Positions 34,401 to 47,038 of a stretch of 64,000 nt of DNA are shown here, one piece after another. The position numbers and the translations under genes were made by a program. The number at the start of each line of letters is the position of its first letter. The stretch's first letter is position 1. The DNA is from Squalus acanthias (lineage: Eukaryota), in contig CM059432.1 of NCBI GenBank assembly GCA_030390025.1, positions 146,880,001-146,944,000 of the forward strand. The letters are read 5' to 3'. The notes beneath the pieces are model-generated. The model saw nothing but the letters and a program-made list of their open reading frames with translations. It did no database searches and was not told the origin of the DNA.

Positions 34401-35837
34401 CCACTATTTAAGAAGGGAGGGAGAGAGAAAACAGGGAACTGCCGACCAGTTAGCCTGACATCAGTAGTAGGGGAAATGCTAAAATGTATTATTAAGGACG
34501 TGGTAACAGGGCACTTAGAAAATAATAATAGGATTGGGGAGAGTTAACACGGATTTATGAAAGGGAAATCGTGTTTGACGAATCTGTTAGAGTCTTTTGA
34601 GGTTGTAACTAGCAGAATAGATAAGGGGGAACCAGTGGATGTGGTGTATTTGGATTTTCAGAAGTCATTCGATAAGGTGCCACACATGAGGTTATTAAAC
34701 AAAATTAGGGCTCATGGGATTGGGGGTGATATAGTGGCATGGATTGATGACTGGTTAACGGACAGAAAACAGAGAGTAGGAATAAACATGTCATTTTCGG
34801 GTTGGCAGGCTGTAACTAGTGGGGTACCGCAAGGATCAGTGCTTGGGTCTCAGCTATTTACAATCTATATCAATGATTTGGATGAGGGGACCAAATGTAA
34901 TATATCCAAGTTTGCTGATGATACAAAGCTGGGTGGGAATGTAAGTTGTGAGGAGGATGCAAAGAGGCTTCAAGGGCATATAGATAGGCTAAGTGAGTGG
35001 GCAAGAACATGGCAAATGGAATATAATGTGGAGAAATGTGAAGTTATCCACTTTGGTAGGAAAAATAGAAAAGCAAAGTATTTTTTAAATGGTGAGAGAT
35101 TGGGAAATGTTGGTGTTCAGAGGGACCTGGGTGTCCTTGTACACTAATCACTGAAAGTTAACATGCAGGTACAGCAAGCAATTAGGAAAGTAAATGGTAT
35201 GTTGGCCTTTATTACAAGAGGATTTGAGTATAAGAGTAAAGATGTCTTACTACAATTATATAGGGCCCTGGTGAGACCACACCTGCAGTATTGTGTACAG
35301 TTTTGGTCTCCTTACCTAAGGAAGGATATACTTGCCATAGAGGGAGTGCAACGAAGGTTCACCAGACTCGTTCCTGGGATGAGGGGATTGTCCTATGAGG
35401 AGAGATTGAGTAGACTAGGCCTATATTCTCGAGAGTTTAGAAGAATGAGAGGTGATCTCATTGAAACATAAAAATTCTTACAGGGCTTGACGGTAGATGC
35501 AGGGAGGATGTTTCCCCTGGCTGGGGAGTCTAGAACCAAGGGTCACAGTCTCAGAATAAGGGGTCGGCCATTTAAGACTGAGATGAGGAGAAATTTCTTC
35601 ACTCAGAGGGTAGTGAATCTTTGAAACTCTCTACCCCAGAGGGCTGTGGAGACTCGGTCGTTGAGTATATTCAAGACTGAGATCGATAGATTTTTGGATA
35701 TTAAGGGAATCAAGGGATATGGGGATAGTGCAGGAAAGTGGAGTTGAGGTAGAAGATCAGCCATGATCTCATTGAATTACGTAGCAGGCTTGAGGGGCCA
35801 AATGGCCGACTCCTGCTCCTATTTCTTATGTTCTTAT
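31428..35837 (+). mobile_element. Long CR1: ORF1 SGNH esterase, ORF2 APE endonuclease + RT, 3' UTR; disrupted
   Basis: VVVGNSIV, VVVHIGTNDIG (esterase); ITIMETWL, VYRPPN, MGDFN; YLDFQK, PQGSVLG, KFADDTK. Confidence 0.93.
33390..34114. mobile_element. Harbinger-type MITE
   Basis: Perfect 12-bp TIR GGGCTGGATTTT / AAAATCCAGCCC; flanks TTT/TTC. Confidence 0.85.
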
Positions 35838-36126
35838 GACAGCAGGTTTGTGCTCCACGGAGCCACAGCCACTCCTCCCAGCCGACATCTCAGCAATCCT
35901 AGTAATCTGTTGGAGGACAGATTGCTGGAATGCTGTGACACCCTGCAAATCCCTTTCCACACTGGTAAACCCAGCCATGATGGCAGCATGCTGAGCCTGC
36001 ATGAGAGCTGTCTGAGCTTGAATGAAAGAAGTGAGAGCTTCCACTAATGGAAGCTGAGACATTAGCCATCAAAGTCAACTAATCACCCTTGTGCATTCCC
36101 TTAGTGCCTGTTTTCAGTATGTTTAC

Positions 36127-39100
36127 ATAACAACATAATAACATAAGAAATAAGAGCAGGAGTAGGCCATACGACCCCACTCCGCCATTCAATAAGATCA
36201 TGGCTGATCATCGACCTCAACTCCACTTTCCTGCCCGATCTCCGTATCCCTTGATTCCCCATGAGCCCAAAAATCTCAGCCTTGAATATACTCAAAGACT
36301 CAGCATTCACAGCCCTCTGGGGTAGAGAATTCCAAAGATTCACAACCCTCTGAGTGAAGAAATTCCTCCTCATCTAGGTCTTAAATGGCTTACCCATTAT
36401 CCTGAGACTATGCCCCCTAGATCTAAACACTCCAGCCAGGGGAAACAACCTCTCAGCATCTACCCTGTCAATCCCCTTCAGAATCTTGTATGTTTCAATG
36501 AGATCTCCTCTCATTCTTCTAAACTCCAGAGAGTATAAGCCCATTCTACACAATCTCTCATCATAGGACAGCCCTCTCATCCCAGGAATCAATCTAGTGA
36601 ACCTTCGTTGCACCGCGTCCAAGGCAAGTATATCCTTCCTTAGATAAGGAGACCAAAACTGTACACAGTACTCCAGGTGTGGTCTCACCAAGGCCCTGTA
36701 CAGTTGTAGCAAGACTTCCTTACTCTTATACTCCAACCCCCTTGCAATAAAGGCCAACATGCCATTTGCCTTCCTTATTGCTTACTGTACCTGTATGCTA
36801 GCTTTCTATGTTTCTTGCACGAGGACACCCAAATCTCTCTGAACACCAACATTTGAAAGTTTCTCACCATTTAAAAAATATTCTATTTTTCTATTCTTCC
36901 TACCAAAGTGAATAACCTCACATTTTCCTATATTATACTCCATCTGCCACCTTACTGTCCACTCACTTAGTCTATCTATATCCCTTTGCAGACTCTGTGT
37001 TCTCCTCACAGCTTACTGTCCCACTTAGCTTTGTATCATCAGCAAACTTGGATACATTACACTCGGTCCCTTCAACTAGGTCATTAATATAGATTGTAAA
37101 TAGCTGAGGCCCCAACACTGATCCTTGCGGCACCTCACTAGTTACAGCCTGCCAACCTGAAAAAGATCCGTTTATCCCTACTCTCTGTTTTCTGTCCGTT
37201 AACCAATCCTCTATCCATGCTACTATATTACCCCCAACCCCATGAGCCCTAATCTTGTGTAATAACCTTTTATGTGGCACCTTATCGAATGCCTTTTGGA
37301 AATCCAAATGTACTACATCCACTGGTTCCCCTTTATCTACCCTGCTAGTTACATCCTCAAAAAACTCTAATAAATTTGTCAAACACAATTTCCCTTTCAT
37401 AAAACCATGTTGACTCTGCCTTATCCTGTTATGATTTTCTAAGTGCCCTGATACCACTTCCTTAACAATGGATTCCAGCATTTTCCCGATGACTGATGTC
37501 AGGCTAACTGGCCTGTAGTTCTCTGTTTTTTCTCTCCCTCCTTTCTTGAATAGCGATGTTACATTTGCGACCTTCCAATCCGCTGGGACCATTCGAAAAT
37601 CTAGTGAATTTTGGAAGATCAAAACCAATGCATCCACTATCTCTTCAGCCACCTCTTTTAGAACCCTAGGATGTAGGCCGTCAGGTCCAGGGGATTTGTC
37701 GGCTTTTGGTCTGATTAGTTTCTCTAGTACTTTTTCTCTATTTATATTAATTACGTTAAGTTCCTCACCCTCATTAGACCCTTGGTTCCCCAACATTTTT
37801 GGTATGCTTTTTGTGTCTTCTACTGTGAAGACAGATACAAAATATTTGTTTATCGTTTCTGCCATTTCCTTATTCCCCATAATAGTTTCTCCTGTCTCAG
37901 CCTCTAAGGGACCAACATTTACTTTTGCTACTCTCTTCCTTTTTACCTAGTTGTAGAAGCTCTTACAACCTGTTTTTATGTTTCTTGCTAGTTTTCTCTC
38001 ATTCTATTTTTTCCCTTTTTATCAATTTTTTTGGTCAACCTTTGCTGGTTTCTGAAACTCTCCCAATTCTCAGGCCTACTATTAATCTTTGCAACATTAT
38101 AAGCTTCTTCTTTCAATCTAATGTTTTCCTTAACTTCTTTAGTTAGCCACGGTTGGATCACTTTTTCCGTGGAGTTTTTGTTTCTCACTGGAATGTATTT
38201 TTGTTGAGAATTATGAAATATTTCTTTAATTGCTAGCCACTGTTTATCTACCGCCATACCTTTTAATCTATTTTTCCAATCAACCTTAGCCAACTCGCTC
38301 CTCATACCTATGTAATTGGCTTTATTTAAGTTTAAGACTCTAGTTTCGGACTTAGGCAAGTCACTCTCAAACTGAACATGAAATTCTGTCATATTATGAT
38401 CACTCTGCCCCAGAGGATCCTTTACTATGAGATTGCTAATTAACCCTGTCTCATTACACAATACAAGATCTAAAATAGCCTGTTCCCTGGTTGGTTCCAT
38501 GACATATTGTTCTAGGAAACTGTCCCGAATGCATTCCATGAACTCTTCCTCCAGACTACCTTTGCCAATTTGATTTGTCCAGTCTATATGAAGATTAAAG
38601 TCCCCCAAGATTATTGCAATACCGTTGTTGCGAGATCCTTCTATTTCTTGATTAATATTCTGTCCAATGGTATAGCTACTGTTAGGGGGCCTATATACTA
38701 CTATTACCAATGTTTTCTGCCCCTTGTTATTCCTTATCTCCACCCATACTGATTCTACTTCCTGATCTTCCGAGCCGAGATCCTTTCTCGCTACTGTCCT
38801 TATGTCATCCTTTATTATCAGGGCTACACCCCCTTTTCCATTCTGCCTGTCTTTTCGAAACGTCAAGTTACCTGGAACATTTAGTTCCCAACCTTGGCCG
38901 CCTTACAACCACGTATGTGTAATGGCTATTAAATCAAACCCATTTATTTGTGCCACTAGTTCGTCTATCTTCTTATGAATGCTTCGTGAATTCAGATAAA
39001 GAGCCTTTAATTTAAATTTTTTACCATTAGTCTCTGCTTTGACCTTATTCTCTACTGCACTGCTATTGTTAAACTCTCTCTCCCTTCCTGTCACATTCTG

Positions 39101-39683
39101 CTTATTTTTACCCAAATCGCTACACTGCTCCATTGCCTTGAACTTTCCCTTTAGATTTCTAAATTTCTCCTCACCTGTCGCCTCCACCCGCCCCCCCCCC
39201 CCCCCCTTTTTAGTTTAAAGCTCTATCTACAGCCCTAGTTATTCAATTCGCCAGGACACTGGTCCCAGCCCGGTTTAAGTGGAGCCCACCCCAACAGAAC
39301 AACTCCCTTTCCCCAGTACTGATGCCAGTGCCCCATGAATTGAAACCCCTTTTTCCCATACCACTCTTTAAGCCATGCATTTAACTCTCTGATCTGCTTG
39401 ACCCTATGCCAATTTGCACGTGGCTCAGGTAGTAATCCAGATTATTACCCTTGTGGTTCTGCTTATTAATTTAGACCCTAGCTCCTCAAACTCCCTCAGC
39501 AGAACCTCATTCTTAGTTCTACCTATGTCGTTGGTTCCTACATGGACCATGACAACTGGATTCTCCCCCTCCCACTTCAAGTTCATCTCCAGCCACGAGG
39601 CGATATCATTAACTCTGGCACCGGGCAGGCAACACAGCCTTCGGGACTCTCTTTCGCGGCTGCAGAGAACAGTATCTATCCCA
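36127..39683 (-). mobile_element. Long CR1 (esterase, endonuclease, RT, 3' UTR); frameshifted
   Basis: ORFs 37988..38866, 36972..37880, 36374..36760; possible 6-bp TSD GTTTAC (36121-36126 / 39684-39689). Confidence 0.93.
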
Positions 39684-40540
39684 GTTTACGCAGTGCTACC
39701 CCAGTGACTGCAGCATGGCTGGTGGAAGGCTGCTGACTTTCAGTGGGGGAGACTGCAGATGGCCTTGCAGGATGACCTTGAGCAGCTCTTGGCCTAGAAG
39801 GCCCGGCTGCGGACTGGACCACCTCGGCCTGGGTGGCAGCAGTCTGGGCTGGCTGGCTGACAGGGCACAGCAAGGGCACTGGTAGAATTGCAGTGGTGGG
39901 AGGACAAATGCTGTCATCCTGATAGAGGACAGTGGGTTCGGCTTCCACTGAGCCCCTGCCACTCCTCCGGGGTGGCCCCTCAGCAATCCTAGTAATCTGC
40001 TGGAGGACAGTTTGCTGGACTACTGTGACACCCTGCAAGCCCCTTTCAACACTGATTTGGTCCACAAGTGTGCTAATGGATCTGCCCACCCCACCCCTTC
40101 CATGCTGGAGATCATGGGCTCCAAGCTTAGCTCAAAGCCCTGCGCAAGGTTGGTGCTGGACTTCTCCATGCTCCTTGACATTGCACTCAGGCTTTTTGGC
40201 AGGCCTAACAATGCACCAAGAATTTTGTTGCACATACCCATCAGTGTTCTTCTGTAGGCCGGCCCATCCAAGTCCTCATCTGAATCCTCTGCAGCAGGAC
40301 TCGAGCGCAACCTCACCCTCCAGGTAGCTGGCACCTGCGCTACCCTTTCCGCCTGCTCTGGCTGTAGCCCACTCATGCCAGGTGACTCATTGCTCCCATT
40401 GCACTTTTGTCTGTTGCCTGAGGAGCCTCTGGGCCCCTTGCGGAAAGAGGACCTCTTTCCTCAAGTTGACCTCCTACACCAAGGCCTCCAGTGCTGCATT
40501 GGAGAACCTTGGTGCACGCTCTCTCCCCTGTTGTGCCATC
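39684..40540 (-). pseudogene. Harbinger Myb/SANT partner gene remnant
   Basis: Homologous to 52400-53510 (AYRRTLMGM..LGAL..LP.SLSAMSRSM; AGPSRPRAA). Confidence 0.7.
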
Positions 40541-40873
40541 ATGAATTGATTTTTTTGCACTGCCCTCCTCAACCAATTTGAATAATGATCTGCAGGTGGA
40601 AGGCACCTCCCCTTTAAGAGGTGCAGACTGCCTTTAAGTAGTGCAGACTAGCTTTAATTGGTGCTGGCCTTGCTCAAACATGGGCCCCTGCTGAGCATTC
40701 AGCCACCCAGCAGCACCATTCAACGCTGTGCTGAACCCCACAATCATGCAAATGAGCAGGCAGCACGATGTTTTACTGCTGCCTGCAATGTCCCGAATGG
40801 ACACGAATGGTAAGCACATCATGATCCCCGTGCCCGTTTTTGGGGGTGGGGGGGGCAAAAAAAATTCTCGGCC

Positions 40874-41900
40874 AAAGTTTTTATCAATATATTGAGAGAA
40901 AGAAAGTGGTAATGGGGGAGTGTGGTCCCATTGAAAACAGCTGCAGGTGAGACTATAATGGATAGTAAGGAAATGGCAGTGTTGTTAAATTAATACTTTG
41001 TATTGGTTTTCATAGTAGAGGAAGAGGTCAAAATACCAGCGATACAAGGAAACCTAAGAATAAGTCAAGTAGATTTAATATAAGTTTTAAAAAAATGTAG
41101 TGGACAATATAATGGGACTTCAGATACACAAATCTCCAAGACCTGATGGTTTGCAACCTCAGGTATTATAAGAAACAGGTGGGAAAATTGCAGTTGCGTT
41201 GGTCATAATTTTCCAAAGCTCTCTAGATTTGGGAATTGTGCCTTTTGAATTGGAAAATTGCAAATGTAACTCCAATATTTAAGAAAGGAGGGAGGAAGAA
41301 ACCAGGAAACTACAGACATGCCAATTTGTCAGTTGTGGGGAAGTTACTAGAATTAATCATCAGGGGCTGGACACATGCACAAGTATGAGCTCATCAAAGA
41401 GAGTCAGCATGGATTTGTGAGGGAAGGTCATAAGAACATAAGAAACCGGAGCAGGCGAAGGCCATATGGTCCCTCGAGCCTGCTCCACCATTCAATAAGA
41501 TTATGGCTGAGGGTAACTGAAGAAAGAGTAGGGCCTATTAGAGACCAAAAAGGTAACCAGTGTGTTGAGGCGGAAGATGTGGGTATGGTTCTTAATGAAT
41601 ACTTTGCGTCTGTCTTCACAAAAGTGAGGGACGATGCAGACATTGTAGTTAAGGAGGAGGAGTAAGAAATATTAAGTGAGATAAATAGTGAGAGAGGAAA
41701 TATTAGGGGTTTAGTATCTATGAAAGTAGATAAATCACCAGGCACAGATGAAATGTATCTCAGGTTGTTAAGAGAAGCAAGGGAGGAAATAGCAGAGGCT
41801 CTGACCATCATTTTCCAATCCTCTCTGGCTACAGGTGTGGTGCCAGTGGACTTCCAGAAGGCATCTGATAAGGTTCTGTTCAAGAGATTATTAGTAAAAG
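40874..41900 (+). mobile_element. Mosaic of CR1 fragments (continuation of 27755-29289 plus others)
   Basis: KESQHGF, LNEYFASVFT, DKSPG; a CR1 tail in reverse at about 41430-41508. Confidence 0.75.
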
Positions 41901-41904
41901 TACT

Positions 41905-42378
41905 AATTGTATTGTTGCAGCTGCATCCATTCAGGCAAGTGAAGAGTATTCCATCACACTCCTGACTTCTGCGTTGTAGGTGGTAGATCGGCTGTGGGGA
42001 GTCAGGAGGTGAACCTAATGTCGCAGCCTCCAACCTGCTGTTGTAGCCACAACATTTATGTGGCTGGTCCAGTTGAGATTCAAGTCAATAGTGACTCCCA
42101 CAATGTTTATGCTAAGGGACTTGGCGATGGTAATGCTATTGAATGTCAAGGGGCCCTGATTAGGCCATCTATTGTTAGAGATGGTCATTGCCTGACACTT
42201 GTGTGGCACGAATGTTACTTGCCAATTATCAACCTAAGCCAGGATATTGTCCAAGTCTTGCTGCATGCGGGCATGGACTGCTTCATTATGTGAGGAATTG
42301 CGGATGGAGCTGAACACTGCAATCATTAGCGAACATCCCCACTTCTGATTTTATGATGGAGGGAAGGTTATTGATGAG
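41905..42378 (-). mobile_element. 3' RT fragment of a second CR1-group LINE family
   Basis: KCQAMTISN...GVTIDLNLNWTSHI. Confidence 0.7.
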
Positions 42379-42835
42379 GAGAGAGAACCGTTAACAATGT
42401 CAGCTAACATGGGAGCTAGAAAGGAAGCTGGGTGGTCAGCAGTTTGGTGGGAATAGGGCCGAGGGAGCAGGAAGTGGGTCTTATGGACAAGATGAGCGCG
42501 GAGAGGTCATGAGGGGAGATCGGAGAGAAACTGGAGAAAGATATGAGTTCAGGGCTAGGGCAGGGGGGAACCTTAGAGGAAGTTTGGCCTGGTGGGCTAG
42601 AGGAAGGAAGAGAAGTGGCAGAGGCAGCTGAACGGATGGTCTCAATCTTAGAGACAAAGAAATCCATGAGCTCCTCACACTTGTTATCGGAGGTGAGGGT
42701 GGAGGAGACAGGGGAGAGGGCTTTAAGAAGATGGTTAGCAGTGGAGAATAGAAGCTGGGGTTTATCTTTGCATTCCAGAATTATTCCAGAAAGATGAGGG
42801 CCGTACCAGGGGGAATGGTCAGGGTGAGAGAGAGT
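42378..42835 (-). mobile_element. L2 LINE ORF2 fragment
   Basis: DFFVSKIETIRS...FSPIS...TSCSLGPIPTKLL. Confidence 0.8.
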
Positions 42836-42837
42836 AA

Positions 42838-43151
42838 GGGGTAAAAATTGAGTCGCGCCCCATTTGGGGCGCTAACCTCGCCGGGGCGCTACTTTTAGCG
42901 CCCCGAAAAAATTAGCGGCCCCGCGCCGGAACTTCAGTGGTTGCGCCCCAAGAGGGAAGCGGGGCGCCACTGGAAGCACCCCGCATCCCTCTTGGGGCGC
43001 TGCGAGGGCGCTGCGGCACGTCGCGCCGCGGTATTGCAGGCCTTCCTCCCCTTCTTAAAGGGGAGGGACCCTGCGCAGCGCGAACCGGGGCCCAGCTGGG
43101 CCCCCAGGGATCGGGAGTGCCGGCAAAAGAGCCCGGCACTCAAGAGAAGTG
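42838..43151. mobile_element. Truncated copy of the GC-rich repeat at 3300-3990
   Basis: Starts GGGGTAAAAATT; near-identical block 43031-43151. Confidence 0.7.
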
Positions 43152-43434
43152 AACATTGACTCCCCATGAAGTCCTCTGAGTTCAGGTCAAACATGGGCAA
43201 GGAATCTGGGAATAAAAAAACATAACCACGACACGACCGTTCCCAGCCTCTGCCCAGTTCTTAGTGGGTCCGCAGCACGACTCTGCTCATAATTTGAAAC
43301 TAACTGGCATGACGATGGCAGGTCTGCTGAGCAAAGAGACGGATGGCTGATGTGAGAAATTAAAGATGTCACATCAGCATGAAAAGGGTGACTTCTGACG
43401 GAGGAGTTGTGGCATCTTTTTGGGAAAAGAACAA

Positions 43435-43897
43435 AAGAAAGGAAGAAAGTAATTGCATTTATGTAGCACCTTTCACAACCTCAGGATGTTGCAAAGCGCT
43501 TCACAGCACATGAAGTACTTTTGAAGAGTAGTCATTGTTGTAATGTGGGAAACGCAGCTGCCAATTTTCACACAGCAAGGTCCCACAACCATCAATGTGA
43601 TAGTGACCAGATAATCTCTTTTAGTGATGATAGCTGAGTGATAAATATTGGCCAGGACACCGGGGAGAACTCCCCTGCTCTTCTTCAAAACACTGCCGTG
43701 GGATCTTTTATGCCCACCTGAGAGAGTCGATGGGGCTTCGGTTTAACATCTCATCCATAGGACGGCATCTCCGACAGTGCAGCACTCCCTCAGTAGTGCA
43801 CTGGATTGTCAGCCTAGATTTTTGTGCTCAAGTCTCTGGAGTGGAACTCGAAACCACAACCTTCTGACTCCGAGGCGAGAGTGCTACCCACTGAGCT
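43435..43897 (-). mobile_element. Deu-domain tRNA SINE
   Basis: Reverse complement has AGCTCAGTGG (A box), GTTTCGAGTTC (B box) and the Deu core. Confidence 0.88.
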
Positions 43898-44084
43898 AGG
43901 GAGCTTGCATCTGCTTTTAACTCTATGGTATCTGATGGGGGAGCACATGCAGGAGGAACTTGATACTGAAATTGGAATGTGTTCCATTTCTCCTCTGATG
44001 TTTTATCCTCATCAAGATGAGTAATGTTAGCAGACACCTCTCCCTTAAAAATGTCAGCATGCATTTTTTCACCCGCATCATTTT

Positions 44085-46140
44085 GTTGAGAGTTTTCCCC
44101 CTGATTCCCATTGACTTCAATTTTACCAGGGCTCCTTGATGCCACACTCGGTCAAATGCTGCCTTGATGTCAAGGGCATTCACTCTCACTTCACCTCTGG
44201 AATTCAGCTCTTTTGTCCATGTTTGGACCAAGGCTGTAATGAGGTCTGGAGCCAAGTGGTCCTGGTGGAACCCAAACTGAGCATTGGTGAGCAGGTTATT
44301 TGAGAGTATGTGCCGCTTAATAGCACTGTCAACGACACCTTCCATCACTTTTATGATTGAGAGTAGGTTGATGGGATGGTAAATGGCCGGATTGGATTTG
44401 TCCTGCTTTTTGTGGACAGGACATACCTGGGCAGTTTTCCACATTGTCGGGTAGATGCCAGTGTTGTAGCTGTACTGGAACAGCTTGGCTAGAAGTGCGG
44501 CTAGTTCTGAAGAACAAGTCTTCAGCACGATAGCCGGGATGTTGTTGGGGTCCATATCCTCTGCTGTATCCAGTGCACTCAGCCACTTCTTGATATCACG
44601 TGGAGTGAATCGAATTGGCTGAAGACTGGCTTCTGTGATAGTGGGGACCTCAGGAGGAGGTCGAGATGTATCATCCACTTGGCATTTATGGCTGAAGATG
44701 GTTGCAAATGCTTCAGCCTTGTCTTTTGCCCTCACGTGTAGGGCTCCGCCATCATTGAGGATGGGGATGTTCATGGAGCCTCCTCCTCCCATTAGTTGTT
44801 TAATTGTCCACCACCATTCACAACTGGATGTGGCAGGACTGCAGAGCTTTGATCTGATCATTTGGTTGTGGGATCGCTTAGCTCTGTCTATAGCATGCTG
44901 CTTCCACTGTTAACATGCATGTAGTCCTATGTAGAGCTTCACCTGGTTGGCACCTCATTTTTAGGTACACCTGGTGCTGCTCCTGGCATGCTCTTCTACA
45001 CTTCTCATTGAACGAGGTTTGGTAACCTGGCTTGATGGTAATGGTAGAGTAAGGGATATGCCGGGCCATGAGGTTACAGATTGTGGTGGAATACAATTCT
45101 GCTGCTGCTGATGGCCCACAGCGCCTCATGGATGCCCAGTTTTGAGCTGCTGGATCTGTTCTGAATCTATCCCATTTAGCACGGTGGTAGTGCCACACAA
45201 CACGATGGAGGGTGTCCTCAGTGTGAAGATGGGACTTCGTCTCCACAATGACTGTGCGGTGGTCACTGCTACCAATACTGTCATGGACTAATGCATCTGC
45301 GACAGGCAGATTGGTGAGGATGAGGTCAAGTAGGTTTTTCCCTCATGTTGGTTGTCTCACCATCTGCCGCAGGCCCAGTCTGGCAGCTATGTCCTTCAGG
45401 ACTCGGCTAGCTCGGTCAGTGGTGGTGCTACCGAGCTACTCTTGGTGATGGACATTGAAGTCCCCCACCCAGAGTACATTCTGTGCCCTTTCTATCTTCA
45501 ATGCTTCTTCCAAGTGGTGTTCAACATGGAGGAGTACTGATTCATCAGCTAGGTGATAATCAGCAAGAGGATTCCTTGCCCATGTTTAACCTGATGCCAT
45601 GAGACTTCTTGGGGTCTTGAGTCAATGTTTTGAACTTCCAGGACCACTCCCTGCCGACTGTATACCTTCTCTGCTGTCACCTCTGGTGGGTCTGCCCTGC
45701 TGGTGGGACAGGCCATACCCAGGGCTGGTGATGGAGGAGTTTGGGACATTGGCTGAAAGGTGTGGTTCTGTGAGTATGACTATGTCAGGCTATTGCTTGA
45801 CTAGTCTGTGGGACAGCTCTCCCAATTTTGGCACAAGTCCCCAGATGTTAGTGAGGAGGACTTTACAGGGTTGATTGGGCTGGGTGTGCCTTTGCCGTGT
45901 CTGAATCTGGTGCCTAGGTTGATGCCGGGTGATCTGTCCGTTTTTTAAAATCTTATTGCTTTTCGTAGCGGTTTTATAGAACCGAGTGGCTTGCTCAGCC
46001 ATTTCAGAGGGCAGTTAAGAGTCAACCACATATAGGCCAGACCGGGTAAGGGCGGCAGATTTCCTTCCCTAAAGGACATTAGTGAACCAGATGGGTTTTT
46101 ACGACAATCCGGTAGTTTCATGGTCACCTGTTACTGATAC
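44085..46140 (-). mobile_element. CR1-group LINE: short 5' region then APE endonuclease and RT; 3' truncated
   Basis: KVLLTNIWGLVPKL; WKTAQVCPVHKK, YHPINLL, AQFGF, ALDIKAAFDRVWH. Confidence 0.85.
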
Positions 46141-46396
46141 TAAACGTTAACACTGTTTGGAGAGTAGAGAATAAGGGATGGTACGCAATACTGGGAGACC
46201 CAAAGATAAGGTAAAATACCTTTCAAAAATTATAAAATTATCGGGGAAATTATTGACTCTTCCTTAAAATAATTAAGTGTGTATGCTCCCATAATGCACA
46301 ATTGCATCGAAGTTGGCTTTTCCTCCCTGATACATAACGCTGATGACAGAAATTGGTTTTGTTTCCAGAAAACAAGCGAAGTTGCATTTCAATATT

Positions 46397-46977
46397 TGGC
46401 CTGAATTTGGGGTGGGAGGCTTCCCGCGGATGGTGCCTCTGAACAGCAAAAAATCTACAAACCTACCTGATGGTGCTGGAGCCACGGAGACTCGCGCTCC
46501 TGGGCCTCTATGCGTAGACATGCGTATGTACGGAATCCCTATAAGCATATATGGGGATCACATAAAAAAACACATTTACATAACAAATAAATGAAAAAAA
46601 GTTACATATTTAAAATTAATTAAAATACAATTTAATTAAATATTTAAAACAAAAATGTAATTTTTTGAAAAATAAATTTACATTTTTTAAGGGGCTAAAA
46701 ATAACCGTAACTTATTTTACATGTGTTTTTACGTTTAAATAATTGGGGAAAAAAATTATTTTTATATTCATTTAAACTCTTAGGCAGGCGTAAGAATTTC
46801 ATGGGCATTCGCTGGGCAGTAATTGGGCAACTCTCCGCCTGCGGATGCCCTTTTCCTGGGGATGTGGACGATCAGTCAAGAAGATTCTTGACAGATCGCA
46901 AGTTCCGGAACTTGCGGGGCCCTTATGAGCAAGTACGCACCATGTACGCACCCGTAGGCCCCGGAAAATCCGGGCCA
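46397..46977. mobile_element. Harbinger-type MITE related to family A
   Basis: TGGCCTGAATTT...AAATCCGGGCCA flanked by ATT/ATT; AT-rich core similar to 6450-6580. Confidence 0.75.
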
Positions 46978-47038
46978 ATTTGCAAGCAACACACGCAGAG
47001 CTCTGTTCCTCGACGTAATGAGGAGTAAGACTAAGCAA

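Larger units (their letters stand above)
29290..40873. mobile_element. Decayed PIF/Harbinger transposon split by two long CR1 insertions
   Basis: TIRs GGACTAAAAATT...AAATTCTCGGCC, TSD AAA; transposase (+) and convergent partner-gene remnants (-). Confidence 0.82.
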
